A stretch of 64,000 nucleotides of DNA from the human T2T-CHM13v2.0 reference genome, Homo sapiens, in assembly GCF_009914755.1 (NCBI RefSeq), contig NC_060932.1. One strand, 5' to 3'. This document shows positions 1-13,896 of this stretch, piece after piece. Positions within the stretch are counted from its first letter, which is position 1. Every line of letters begins with the position of its first letter. The translations under genes and the position numbers were made by a program. The notes below the pieces were generated by a model. The model ran no database searches. It was not told where the DNA came from and worked only from the letters and a program-made list of their open reading frames with translations.

Positions 1-1041
1 CTACCTGACTCCTGGGAGAACATCCCACCCAGCATTATGGAAAGAGGCTTGGACAAGGGTTTGAGTTCTAGCTTTGACCCCAGACATGCTGCCAGCCCAG
101 AAAAGAGTTCAGCACAGTCTGGGGTAGCGCAATGCCCATGGTCAGCCCTCAGGAAGGATTTCCTAGTGGAAAGAAAGAAAAAGGAAGCAAGAGAGGGAGG
201 GAAAGAGGGAGGGAGGGATGTGTGTACTGTTGAATCTCAGTGCTCTCCTCATCTCTGCTCCAACCTAACTCCCGAAATTCATCTTCCATCCAGTTCACCT
301 CATGGAATGAGCCAGCAAGGTACACTTGGATTCAGCCACCCGCTCTGCCACCAGCTGACCATGTGACTTTAGTTCCTCTAGGATAACAGTCCTCTACCCT
401 GCCCTTGTCACAAGGGACAAGGATGATCAAATGAGACACTGAATATGACTATGCTTTGAAATGTAAGCAATGCCCTGCAGACGTAAGAACCTGTTGACTT
501 TTCCAGGCAGCCCACATCCCATGGTGAGTTCTGGGGACCACCCTTCGCTATCTGTTTCAGGATGAGTACCCCCTGCCCACTGCACTACTTGGGACAGCTT
601 TTGCTACTCCAGTGACTCGGTGCTCCTTTGTAAAAAGGAACTTTCCCTTTTCACAGGTGAGAATACTGAGGCCTCCAGGTCCTGCTGTGTATGCTTCTCT
701 TAGCTCTTCTTGCACTCTGTTGAAGTCTCCCATTCTTATCTGTACTCTTCACTCAACTCAAAGCTCTGTTCGAACATGACCTACATCCTCTTCATCACCA
801 TAGCCTTAGGGGCTGGCCCATGATAACTGCCCAATGAGTGTAGAATGAATGAATGGGCAAATGATGCCTCTAACCCAATATAACCTTAGCACAGGGTCTG
901 AGGCCCAGGATCACTAGCCTAGTTCAAACCACTTATCTACTTGTTTGGGAGTCACTAGGGTCTAACTGACCCACACAATAAATGCTTCTCTTTCCTCCCC
1001 TTCCGTTCTCTTTAGTGAAAATTGATATATCTGACCAGAGG

Positions 1042-1316
<275 letters not shown>

Positions 1317-2462
1317 TGACCAGAGGATTTTTTAAACATTTAAGTTCTTTTTAATTCAAGCTAGATTGACTTATGCTCTTGACTTTAAAGTCTAATTCTA
1401 TAAAGACTCAGTCCATTCATGGGAGCCAGACTCATTAGAATTCCCAGTCCACACAATAAACTGCCTTATTCTTACCTGTTAGCAGTGTGATCCCCTGCCC
1501 ACCACCCTCCAGCCTAGTGAACCAAGTCACTTGTTAGTCTGAAGAAACAAAGGGGTTGCAGTCCTCAAGCTAATCCCCCTGAAGTGGGAGATGAAGGCAT
1601 GGCCCATAACGAGCTGGCAACAGTCCTGGAAACACAGGGCTCCCCCAACAAGAAGCCTGTGTCCTCTGCAGACAAACCAAGCAAGGCTCTCGGGGTGGGA
1701 GATCAAGAGCTGGTGGCTTCTAAATAAAGGAAAAGGTAGAGCTGGCCTTGTGCCCTCCCACAGGTAGTCAGAGCCTCTGTACCTCTGGCCCCCTGGTGTT
1801 CCCATTGCATGGTGCACTTTGGCTAGGGGACATCTCCAGCTTCTAACCTCACCTTCCACCAAATGAGTCTGCTCTCCCATTTCCTTTCAGCCAGCTGCCA
1901 CCTTGGAAGACAGTCTTGTAAACGGATCCTAAGGGAAGTGATCATCTATTTATTTTAAGAGTTACTGGTGTAGTAAACTCTTTTTCCAGAACCAGCAAAA
2001 CTGATAATGGCCCATTTTTGCAATCAATCTCAATCAATCACTGAATTCTTCAATACCTTCTTGTTACTCCTCTCTGAGGCATATGCATTTTAAAGAAATG
2101 TTAACAGAGAGACAAGGCCCTAATGTAAAATAATAGATGTCTAACTTTAGAACTCCCGCACCACGAAAAAGGAATTTGAATGAGATCCGAGAAGGTGAAT
2201 CTGCAGCATTCACACGCCACTCCCTCTCCTAATCATGGCAGATATTGTAAGGCTTCTGGATGCAATGCGTTAGGCATCACAACCAGTCGCTTGGAGTGGC
2301 ACACAAGTTTATCTAACCCATCTGCAAGTCCTAGTTCCATGAATTCTGAGTCCCCTCCAGTTGTAGGATCTGGGCTTCTGTGAGGTAACTGAGAAGCCCT
2401 CTATCCTTCACACCACAGATGACTTGTGTTATGCCCAGCCATACCATAAGAGTTCAACAGGG

Positions 2463-2762
2463 GGCCAGCCATGGTGGCTCACGCCTGTAATCCCAGTATT
2501 TTGGGAGGCCAAGGCAGGAGGATGGCTTGAGCCCAGGAGTTGGAGGCCAGCCCAGGCAACACGGTGAGACCCCATCTCTATACAAATAAAAAATAATTAG
2601 CCAGGCGTGGTGTTGTACACCAGTAGTCTCAGCTACTTGGGAGGCTGAAGCAAGAGGATGGCTTGAGCCCAAAAATTCCAGGCTGCAGTGAGCTATGAGT
2701 GCACCCCTGCACTCCAGCCTGGGTCACAGAGTGAGACCTGGTGTCAAAAAAAAAAAAAAAAA
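2463..2762 (+). mobile_element. AluJ
   Basis: Dimeric Alu with the J-type GAGCCCAGGAG and a poly(A) tail. Confidence 0.95.
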
Positions 2763-2850
2763 GAAGTCCAGTGAGGGCATCCACAAGATTTTTCAGAAGA
2801 CAGATACCATCCCACTTCCCTAAGGAGAACAGGGAAGGAGATTTGTGGAG

Positions 2851-3719
2851 GAGACCTATTGTGCCAAGAAAAACAATCAGCCCCTGCTGGAATCTGACAA
2901 CTCATTAAAACAAATCCCTGCTGCAGAAGGGCCTCCACATCCCATCAGCCCTGAGGAAGGAGAACATCCCAAGGTGCTGCCCACCGTCCTCGCCAAACTG
3001 TCCACACCTGATGCTCCATCCATCACACCCCTTGGATCAGACCCAGGAATATGAATGGGACTCGTGGTCTCATTTCTCAATGAGAGTCACCCCTCAGGCC
3101 TCCCAACACAGTGGCTGCAGGACTGGGAGGCAGGAGGGCGGGGCTAATGTTGTGCTTGCTAATGAGCCTTCTGGGAGCATTGAAATGGGCTGCACAGGAG
3201 CAACCAATAGCCAGCCACACACAATGTCATGTGCTCAGCAGTCAACACAGCCCTGCTGCTGTTAGCAAAGGGCCTGAGACAGGCACCGTTATGGGCCCAG
3301 AAAATTCATGCAGGCAGAAGAGGGGCAGGAAGAGAACCCAGCAGGTTCCTCACCCCACCCACCCCACCCACCCCCTTCATAGGCCTGGCCCTTTTGAGAT
3401 CAAGTGAGAGCCTTCTTTCCTGCTTCCCCTTGGTTCAATGGAACAAGGCATTAGACACCTATTGTGCTCCAGGCAGAGTGGGTAAAGGAAGTGGGTTTTT
3501 AGAGACTTATCCTGCCAAGAAAAACCATCAGCCCCTGCTGGAATCTGACAACTCACTAAAACAAATCCCTGCTACAGAAGGGCCTCCACATCTCATCAGC
3601 CCTGAGGAAGGCGGCATCCCTTCACAAGGTGCTGCCCGCAGCCCTCGCCAAACTGTCCACGCCCAGTGCTCCATCCAGCACGCCCCTTGGATAGGACCCA
3701 GAAGCATGAATGGGACTCG
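2851..3719 (+). repeat. Local direct duplication (~2851-3064 and ~3502-3719)
   Basis: Shared CAGCCCCTGCTGGAATCTGACAACTCA...ATGAATGGGACTCG. Confidence 0.95.
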
Positions 3720-4170
3720 GGTGCTGGAGAATGAGAAAGGCATCCTTTCTGTCCTGCAGATGAGGGTGTGGCAGGCAAGGCCTCCTCCCCCAGGGAACTT
3801 CCATCCCGTCCGCTCCTCAGCACGCTGCCTTGCTCTAGTTTGGTCCTTCCATTTCTGACACCACCATGTGGGACTCCTGACTGGCAGTTTGCAGATTGGA
3901 AATGCAAAAGGAACCAGAATGTCTCACCCTTCTCACTCCTCACCCTGTACAAAGTGCCCTCGCACATTACTCAGGAGACGGGGCTCACCCCTGATTCTGC
4001 CACTTTCTAGCTGCCTGGCTTTGGGAAAGTCCCTAAATCTGGCTGTGCCTTGGTTAAAACAGGGACAATGACACCTGCCCTGCCTATTTCACATGACTGG
4101 TGACTCACTCCACCAGCCTTAAAGCACCTACTATGTTCCAGGCACTGACATAGACACATTGCCTCTGTCT

Positions 4171-4473
4171 TCTTCTTCTTCCTCTTCTTTTGAGAAAGGG
4201 TCTCATTCTGTTGTCCAGGCTGGAGTGCAGTGGCTAAATCATGGGTCACTATAGCCTTGACCTCCCAGGCTCAAGTGATCCTCCCACCTCAGCTTCCCAA
4301 GTAGCTGGGACTACAGATGTGCACCACCATGTCCGGCTAATTTTTTAATTTTTTATAGAGATGAGGTCTCTCTGTGTTGCCCAGGATGGTCTAGAACTCC
4401 TGGGCTCAAGCGATCCTCCCACTTTGGCTTCCCAAAGTGCTGGGATTACAGGTGTGAGCCCCCACGCCTGGCC
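4171..4473 (-). mobile_element. AluJ
   Basis: Alu consensus; TSD tctgtcttc. Confidence 0.95.
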
Positions 4474-4822
4474 TTCTGTCTTCAATAAGACAGGATCAAA
4501 AAGCATACAGCCTAGTAGGGGGAGGCAGATGTACAAATGAAAAAGTGCAATAATGTTTGGAAGCTATGGTGGTAGAATTATGGTATAGTGGGGAGAAGGA
4601 TTGACTGAATAATGCATATACATAGAAATGGAGGTTTTAGAGAAATCATTTCATAAGGAAATAACACTTGCTAAGCTCTTCCCAGGAGGTACTTCCATAT
4701 ACATAGTTGTTCTAGATATCCAAAAAGATGATGGGTGTGAACCTACTCTATAATAGGCTGTGGGGATTTGTACAGTACAAAGCATTCATGTAAAATATCA
4801 GACTTCGGTCAACAAAAATAGG

Positions 4823-5215
4823 TTGTATTAGCTAAGCTAGGTTAAGCTAAGTTTATTGCTGCAGCAACAAACTACTGCAAAGTCTCAGAGGGTTAACACC
4901 GCAAAGGTTTATTTATTCCTCATGCAACATGTTCAATGTACTTTGGCAGGGGCCTCTGCTCCACACGGTCACTCAGGGATCCAGGCTGACTCATGCATTA
5001 TCATCCTGCAGCTGCTACACCTAGAACACAAGTCCTCTTCAGTCATTGAGGCAAGAGGAGAGACAACTGAAGGGCAGAGAGCTGGCCAGAATACATGTCA
5101 CTTTCACCCACATCCCATTGGCCAGAACCAATTACATGCTCCTGTCTAGCAACAGTGGGACTAGAAGATATGAGGAAACATGGAATGTCTGGTGAGCATC
5201 AAGAGCTCTGCCACA
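4823..5215. mobile_element. Old ERVL/MaLR LTR (MLT1K/L- or LTR33-like)
   Basis: TGTATTAG...TGCTGCAGCAACAAAC...AAAGGTTTATTTATTCCTCATGC...CACATCCCATTGGCCAGAAC. Confidence 0.65.
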
Positions 5216-5455
5216 GAGAACAAAGAACTGTCTGCATTTCACAGAACTGGGGTGTTTGGCTAATCAGAGAGTCCTTTAGGGAACTCTGAGTCTGGTCCCC
5301 TCAGAGCCAAGCAATTCCTGGGCTACAGGACTGGAAATGTATTCTTCCTAACTACAAAGTGACTGGCAATGGCAGAGAACTGAGGAACAACAAGACTCAA
5401 GTTATTTCTATGACTCAGATGAGCACAGAGTTAACACAGTAATGATCATAGCTAA

Positions 5456-6185
<730 letters not shown>

Positions 6186-7539
6186 ATTATCTATTTAATT
6201 ATCTTATAGAAAAGAGTTTTGTCAACTATAAACTTCTCTGCTAAAAAAAAAACAAAAAAAAACAAACTGGTGCATTAGATATGCCCTAGGGATGATGCAA
6301 AGTTCTGAAGGGAGGTCACAACTCCTGGGTGGGGAACAAAATAGGACAGATGCCTTACTCTGAGGAGTCTTCCTCACACCCCTGAAGCAGCCCCTAACAA
6401 CAACCAGAGGTGGGCCCACCCTGCCTCTTCTTCTGTCCCCACGCTCTGTTTGGCAGCTTGAGCACAGCCTCAGATTTGTCTGCTTTTCCTGCAGAGGTTT
6501 TTGCAGGATTTCTGCTAAGTGGGGCAGCGACATCAATAAGTTCCATTGTGTCATGAGTGTTATTGAAGAGCAGAGTGTCTGGCCTGCTGGCTGGGGCTTC
6601 TGGGCTCACAAGCTCTCCCGACCCTCTTTCACCCCGGCCTCATTGGTGAATGGCCCCTACTGCCCTTTCTCCCCTGCTCCAGCCTCCAATTCCATTCTGC
6701 AACAGGACCACTATTTCAGCATGCCTGGTCCACACATCCATCCCCAAAAGTGTCCACCGAACATTCTCCCCAAACCCAGAGCCTTCACTCAAGGCATGCC
6801 TCCCATCTAGAATATCCTCCCACCACCTCGCCTGTCAAAGTCCTCCTTAGACACACAATGCAATGTCAACAGCAGTTGTCTCCGGGTGATGAAATTACAG
6901 ATTAGCTTTATCTTTTTCTTTCCAATTTCCTCTATTTGGAGATCTGGGGGAATGAGCACATAATATTTTTCTCATAAAAAGAAATCACAATGAAGTCATG
7001 TTTTAAGTTCCTACCTTCCTGTGAGCCCCTCCCCTCCATCCTAGTCTACAATTCTGTTTCTTCTGTGAAATTCTACAGCTCTTGGCCCTATCATAAATTG
7101 CTTTATACTCTAGTTGGTTTGCTGGGCATGAACATCTGGTAGCCCCAACCAAATGGAAAGCTCCATGAGAGCAGGGGACATATTACACATATTTTCCCTA
7201 TGCTACACAGCCCTCTGCACAGTTCAGGAAGAGCTGAAGCAGCGACTGAGTACTTACCAATTACAGGGGTTATGGGATGGCCCCAGTATATGTTACAGTG
7301 GCTTGGGGAGGTAGAGTCATGCAGAATAAGAACTAAGGGGCCTTGGAGTTTATACAATCTGATGCTCTGCATTCACACAGTTTCTGACATTTCATTTACC
7401 CTCATTAATAGGGTCTGGTTACCCCCACTACATGAGCAGTCAAACTAGGGCTGGGAGTCGTAAAGCAATTTGGCCCAAGCTTCCAGAGCCCACATCTCCT
7501 GTGGTCCTGTCCAGTGCCTTAACCACTAAACTGCAGCTG

Positions 7540-7710
7540 CCACTCCAAGACCTTATTAATAGCCATTTCTCTCCCCAGTCAGTGGCTGGACATGACTTGC
7601 CAGGTTAATAATTTGTTCATTAGGCGCCTAATGAATTACTTGTTAATTGCTAACTTGATGAACAGCCAGCAGTTCCCATCTGCCTGGAGAAACAACAGCA
7701 AATAACCACA
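7540..7710. promoter_or_regulatory. Candidate homeodomain-rich enhancer
   Basis: Dense TAAT/ATTA cores and a perfect 20-bp palindrome at 7616-7635. Confidence 0.4.
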
Positions 7711-8001
7711 GAAGGGCCGGCCAAGCCCCAGTGGCTGCAGGGCAGAAGGTTTGAGCCCCAGAGGGTGGCAGTTCCCTCAGGGAGAAGCCTGTCTTGGCCA
7801 GTCACCTGAAGCTGAGTCCCAAGGGATGGGCGCCTCTGGTAAACGACCTCTTGCTGGTCCTATAACTGCCCTGCAAAGGGTCGAGGCAGCCCAGCTCTTC
7901 ATCTACCCTAATTATTCAAGCCTCCTCTCCACAAAACTTCCCCTTTTTGCTTTCTTTTCTTTTCATTTTCTCTGAATTTCCACCACTTGAAGTCAGAACT
8001 A

Positions 8002-8664
8002 CGGAGGGTCTCAAACTTCTGATGGTTCAACTTTCGATTTTTCAACTTTACAATGGTGCAAAAGAGATACATTTTCAGTAGAAACTACTTCCAATATGCA
8101 TGCAACCATTCTGTTGTTCACTTCCAGAAGAGTACTCAATAAATTACATTAAATATTCAACACTTTGTTATAAAATAGGCTTTATGTTAGATAACTTTGC
8201 CCAATTGTAGGCTAATATAAGTGTTCTCGGCACATTTAAGGTAGGCTAGACTAAGCTATGATTTTTGGTAGGTTAGGTATATTAAGTGCATTTTTTTGAG
8301 ATAGTGTCTTGCTCTTGTCACCCAGACTGGAGTGCAGAGGCACGATCATAGCTCACCGCAGCCCAGGACCCCGGACTCAAGCGATCCTCCTACCTCAGCC
8401 TCCTGAGTAGCTGGGACTACAGGCCTAAGCCAACATACCTAGCTAAATTTCCTTTAACTTTTGTAGAGATGGGGTCTTGCCGTGTTGCCTAGACTGCTCT
8501 TGAACTCCTCCGTTCAAGTGATGCTCCCACCTCTGCCTCCCAAAGCACTGGGATTACAGGTACAAGCCACCATTCCTGGCCTAAATGTATTTTTGATTTA
8601 TTATATTTTCAATTTACAACAGATTTATTGGGAAATAACTCCACTGTAAATAGAGGGGCACCTG
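8002..8664 (-). mobile_element. MER47A (Tigger-derived MITE) interrupted by an AluJ
   Basis: AAATATTCAACACTTTGTTATAAAATAGGCTT and GTAGGCTAGACTAAGCTATG; decayed terminal inverted repeats at both ends. Confidence 0.8.
8291..8581 (-). mobile_element. AluJ within MER47A
   Basis: Alu consensus; degenerate TSD taagtgcatttt/taaatgtatttt. Confidence 0.95.
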
Positions 8665-8907
8665 TTCTCAAAGTAAACTTTTTGTATCCACACATAATGA
8701 TATGTCATCATATTTTCTCAGGGTGTTGGTTCTATCTTCCTATCTCAAAGGCAGCTACAATGTCGCTATTGGTCACTTCAAGCTTCCTAAAAACAGAAAC
8801 CATATCTTTCTCATTCATCCTTGTATCTCTTGTACCTAACGTAATGCCATAGTACCTTATAAGTATTTATTAAAGGAGCAAATTACTCATACTTTTCTGT
8901 ACAAATC

Positions 8908-9895
8908 TGTATTGGTTTGCTCAGGCTGCTGCTATGGTTTGAATGTCCTCTCCAAAACTCATATTGAAATGTAATTGTCATTATAGTAGTATTCAGCACT
9001 GAGATCATTGACAGCCCACATGAATGGATTAATGTCATTATTGAGACAGTGGGCTCATTACTGCAACAGTGGGTTTGTTACATAAGTAAGTTCGGCCACC
9101 TCTTGCTGTCTTGCTCACTCTCACCCTCTCTTGCCTTCCACTTTCCTCCATGGGATGACACAGCATGAAAGCCCTCACCAGACGCCAGCACCATGCTCTT
9201 GTATTGCAGCCTCCAGAACCATAAGACAAATAAACTTCTATTCTTTGTAAATTACCCGGTCTGCGGTATTCTGTTATAGCAGCAGAAAACAAACCAAGAC
9301 AGCTTCCATGACAAAGTACTGTAAACTGGGTAGCTTAAATGCAGAAATTTACATATATTCTCACAGTTCTGGAGGCTGGAATTCTGAGATCAAGGCTTCT
9401 CTGAGGCCTCTCTCCTTGGCTTGCAGATGGCCACCTTCTTGCTGTGTCCTCACATCGCCTTTCCTCTGTGCATGCACACCCCTTGTGTCTCCTCATGTGT
9501 CCAAATTCCTCTTCTTATAAGAACTCCAGAGAAAACATAGAAGAAGATGACCAAGTCCCATCCTACAGGGGCTTACAAGAAAGGATACTGGGAGTGAAAG
9601 CCACATACCGACTAGGGAAAGTTGACTAATTCCTTTCTATTTCAATTCCGTCTGTAACATGGACATCATAACGCCTCTTTCTCCATCATGCCAATGCTAG
9701 AAGCATAAAATGAGACTGTGCTCTGATAAGAAAAATTACTATGCAGATGCAGATTGGATTAGGGCCCACCCTAATGACCTCATTTTAATGTAATCATCTC
9801 TTTAAATACCCTTCCTACAAATACACTCATATGAGGTAGTGTGTGTCAGGGCTTCCACATATGAATTTTGAAGGGAACTAGTTCAGCTCATAACA
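8908..9895 (-). mobile_element. MLT1B/C MaLR solo LTR, host to an MST LTR and an inverted local insert
   Basis: TGTATTGGTTTGCTCAGGCTGC ... CTCACAGTTCTGGAGGCTGG ... GATTGGATTAGGGCCCACCCTAATGACCTC ... CATAACA. Confidence 0.85.
8930..9301 (+). mobile_element. MST (MSTC/D-like) MaLR solo LTR
   Basis: TGCTATGGTTTGAATGT...TGTTATAGCAGCAGAAAACAAACCAAGACA; AATAAA; 5-bp TSD gctgc/gcttc. Confidence 0.88.
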
Positions 9896-10383
9896 CCTTC
9901 TCACTCCACAATGCCAACTTCAGGGCTGGGCACATATTAAATATTTAACACATCCTCCGAAATTGGTAGACATTCCATTTTCTCTGGGGGAAGGGCTCAT
10001 CTTTGTGGCCTGAGTTCCTAGTCCTGCACAGACCCCTGAAAAACTCCATGGTGGAATATTTAAGGCAAACCCTCTTGTCATGTCGGCTCCCAAATCCTAA
10101 TGGCTCTGTTATTTTTGAAATCACTTTAGAGCAGCACTGAATAGAGATGGTGATTTCTTGCATTTGCATAGCAATTTTTCTTATCAGAGCACAGTCTCAT
10201 TTTATCCTTCCAGCATTGCTATGATGGAGGAGGGTTGTTATGATGTCCATCTTATGGACAGGGAATTGAAATAAAAAGGAATTAGTCAACTTTCCAAAGT
10301 CAGAGTAAGCCTAGTATGTGCCTTTCACTTCCGTTAACCCTCCTTATGAACCCCTGTAGGACGGGACTTGGTCATTTTCTTCT
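9539..10383. repeat. Local inverted duplication (9539-9751 vs 10159-10383)
   Basis: For example ATAAAATGAGACTGTGCTCTGATAAGAAAAATT pairs with AATTTTTCTTATCAGAGCACAGTCTCATTTTAT. Confidence 0.95.
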
Positions 10384-11064
10384 CCGCAGCTGAGCCTCCA
10401 GCGCAGGTCCAGGCACAAAGGGGATGCTCAGGGAGGTTTGGCATTAATAATAACAGAGCTGCTGGAAGAGCCTCTATCCAGAGGAGCTGAAGTCTCAGGA
10501 CTGACCACCACCCAGCCACCCAAATCCCCTCCAGCAAAACAAGCCCTTGGGCCCTAGGGCCACGTGGATGGCCCGCTTCAGGGTCTGAGCTTCCCACACC
10601 CGAGCTGCGTTTCAGTGAAGGCCCTGAAGCCAAGGTTGAATTGAAAATGAGTCTGGAAATATATCTATTATCACTTCCACACTGCTACGAGTGACAATAA
10701 GGAAAATGAGTTTACAGTACAATTGCAAAGTGATTTCACATATTATTTATTTCTACCTCTTTTTATCACGGGTATTTTTAGAAGCTGCCTCAAATGCATT
10801 GTGGAATGAAGCAGGGTATGAATTTTAAAAATACACTATCTCATTTCCTCCTTGGGGCCATGTTTCAGAGTGGATAAGGAGGGTAGTGTGCCCATTTAGC
10901 AGATGGGTAAAGCAAGGCAGAGAGAGGCCAAGTGTCAGCCCAACATCACGCAAGGAGTAAGTGAATAAGCTAGGCCTAGACCCGCACTCCATGCTTTTTC
11001 CTGTTTGTCGCTGGCTGCTGTGGGAGGAACACTGAGGAACTGGACCAGGAGAGAGCCCTTCTAA

Positions 11065-11440
<376 letters not shown>

Positions 11441-13604
11441 AACAATTTGTATCTGAATGATTTTAGTTGAGGCCTGTACCCCCCAGTTCCCTACCTGGCC
11501 CCTGCATCATCGCACTGTGTTGCCCACACTTTTGTGTTGCTGTCTGGCTGCCAATGGCTCTTGAGTTTGCAGCCTCTGTTTGGTCTTTGAAAAACAGCCT
11601 TGCAGTAACTTCCTTGGGAAGCCCAATGGCACCAGGGATGGGAGAGTTCTTTAGCTATAGAACACGGCCCAGGAAGGGAAATAGGGGAACAGCAAATGCA
11701 ACATCACCCACACCCTCACCCAACAACACAAATTTGCAGCAGCTGATGGGATCCAGTACCTTAAGCCACCAGATGTTGCTTCTCCTACAGTCCTGGGCAG
11801 AACTGGAACACATATTTTACCCTCCTAGATCATCTCCCAACGCATGATCTGAAATAGGCTACAGAATAAACAAGCCTTGGTCTCTCACCAGCTCAGCTCA
11901 AGTAGAACTTGTGAGCCTCACAGGCTCCATAAAAAGCCAAATGCAAAAGCACATGGCAGATGATCCAGCCCCTCCCACACCTGAGCCACCACCACATCAC
12001 TTCCAGCTTTCTTCTCTGATGAACACAGGAGCCCCAAATCCAAACCTGCCCCCAGATACCATCCACAACAGTGGACTGTGGGAGTGGAAGTGACCCACAA
12101 CATGCAATCCTTCCCCACTCCCTCCTTAGCAAACCCTCCAGCTTGGGGGAGGTCAGCCTCCTCCCTCTGCCCACCCCCCTCACTGACCTGGAGCCGTAGC
12201 CCCACAGTCCCGTCAAGTCCTCCCCTCCTGGACAGAGTCCTTCCTGGGCTTTTGCTGCCAATAGAGATCAAAATCTATGACCACTTGGTGCCAGCTCCTT
12301 GGCATGCTCAGAATACAAAAGAACTGGGCCACAGGGAAGCAGAGAAATGACAGGTCCTGGCTGGCACTGAGGGTAATGGAGGCATCAAAGGAGCTGTCAC
12401 TCAGAGACCCCATCTCAGTGGCTGTGATGGCAGCAAGGGCCTAGGATATGCCATCATGGGAAGGGGCTGCAGGCACTCAGTGGAGCCAGTGGTAACAGTA
12501 GAGATGTCAGGTACAGAGCCTGAATTCTCAGGGACTCTATGGGAAAAAAAGGAGTTGGTGCAGGCTTCTGGGAATGGGGCCCCTGGAATGAAGTGAGGTG
12601 GGCACTGAGGTGTAAGTGAGGCTCCTCTCCTGGGAACCAGACTTGGTGGGCTGCAGAGGAGCCCCCAGCAACCAAGCAACCCCCACAACCAGGCCACCAG
12701 CCTATGGGTATAAAGGAAGTCACATTTCCCAGCAACTCTAGAAGAAGCACCTGGGGAGCCACCTGACCTCCCATCAGGGAAAGGGGCTGCCTCTTGACAG
12801 CCTCGCAGAAGTGCTTGACACTCTTGTCCTCTCCAGAAAACCGATTTTTAAATCACACTGATCTCAAAAGCAGGCCTGTGGCTGGCCCCTCCTGGGCCCC
12901 AGGAGAGAAGGGGAGCAGCCTGCAGAGAACAAGGGCCAGGACACAGCCGGCATGGGCAGCCACCTCCTCAGAGGCCTTTAGGGCCCCTGTGGAGGCCCAG
13001 CCAGCAGCATCCCTCTGTACTTTCTGCCTCGGGCCTCCCCTGGAACAGAAGCAGGAATCGGCCTCCCGGTGAGGCATCCTCACAGCGGGTCTTTGCATCG
13101 GCCAGAGCTGGACTGAGATTGAGAGGCAGTGTCTCCCCTGGGACTCTAACCCCTGCTAAGTTCCCAAGCAGGAGATCCTAACATGTGACTTTACCAGCTC
13201 TTGGGGAACTCGGGATGGGTTTTCCCAGGCTGGATCAGAGGCCTTTTAAATGTCCTTCCTAGAATTAAATCCCCAAGCATTTCTCCCTGGCAACAAGAAA
13301 TCAAACTCATAGGCAGGAACCCAAGGGTCTGGTGCCTCCCGGGTCCTCCATCGACCTAGGGCACTCGGGTCAGAGGAACAGTCTCGGCTTGAGCTTTACA
13401 TTCCCCATGTCCTGGGCCCTTTGTTACAGGCTCTTCAAAGTCCAGGGACCCTGGCCTTCTCCTGCATACAAGTCCTCCCCCCGCCTTCCCCACAGGCTGT
13501 CCTAACAGATAGCTTCCCCTGCAAGTGAATGGAGATCTGCCCCGGTGCCCCCCAACCCCCAACCTCCAGCCCCCTCATTGCAGAGAAAGGCTTGGCTCTT
13601 GTTT

Positions 13605-13896
13605 TCTTTTAACTTAAAACAACACTTCTGGACTCACAGGAAGTTGTAAAAATAGTACAGAGCAATCTCACAGACCCTTGCCCATTTTCCCTGAGTTACA
13701 ATTTACATAACTATGCTACATCAGGAAACTGACTTGGTTACAATGTGTGTCTATAGTTCTGTGCCCTTTGATTACTTCACCAACACTGAAAATCAAGATT
13801 GGCAACTCTTCCCTCTCCATATAGATCCCGCCATCCCGCACTCCCCCCAGCCCCTGGCTATCACCCATCTGTGTTCTCTGTCATTTTGTCATTTCC
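13605..13896 (-). mobile_element. Old L1M (L1MC-like) 3'UTR fragment
   Basis: CACAGGAAGTTGTAAAAATAGTACAGAG...CCAGCCCCTGGCTATCACCCATCTG resembles L1MC 3' ends. Confidence 0.65.

Noticed and set aside
2216-2300. GCCACTCC/GGAGTGGC inverted pair as a pre-miRNA or structured RNA
   Set aside because: Only an 8-bp stem; the interior does not pair continuously.
3229-3858. 209-aa ORF sharing a peptide with ORF 2845..3054
   Set aside because: The shared peptide simply reflects the DNA duplication; the frames diverge after an indel.
12700-12730. TATAAAG plus ETS word (also TATA-like words at ~45927 and ~58086)
   Set aside because: Isolated short motifs are expected by chance in 64 kb, and there is no supporting gene structure.
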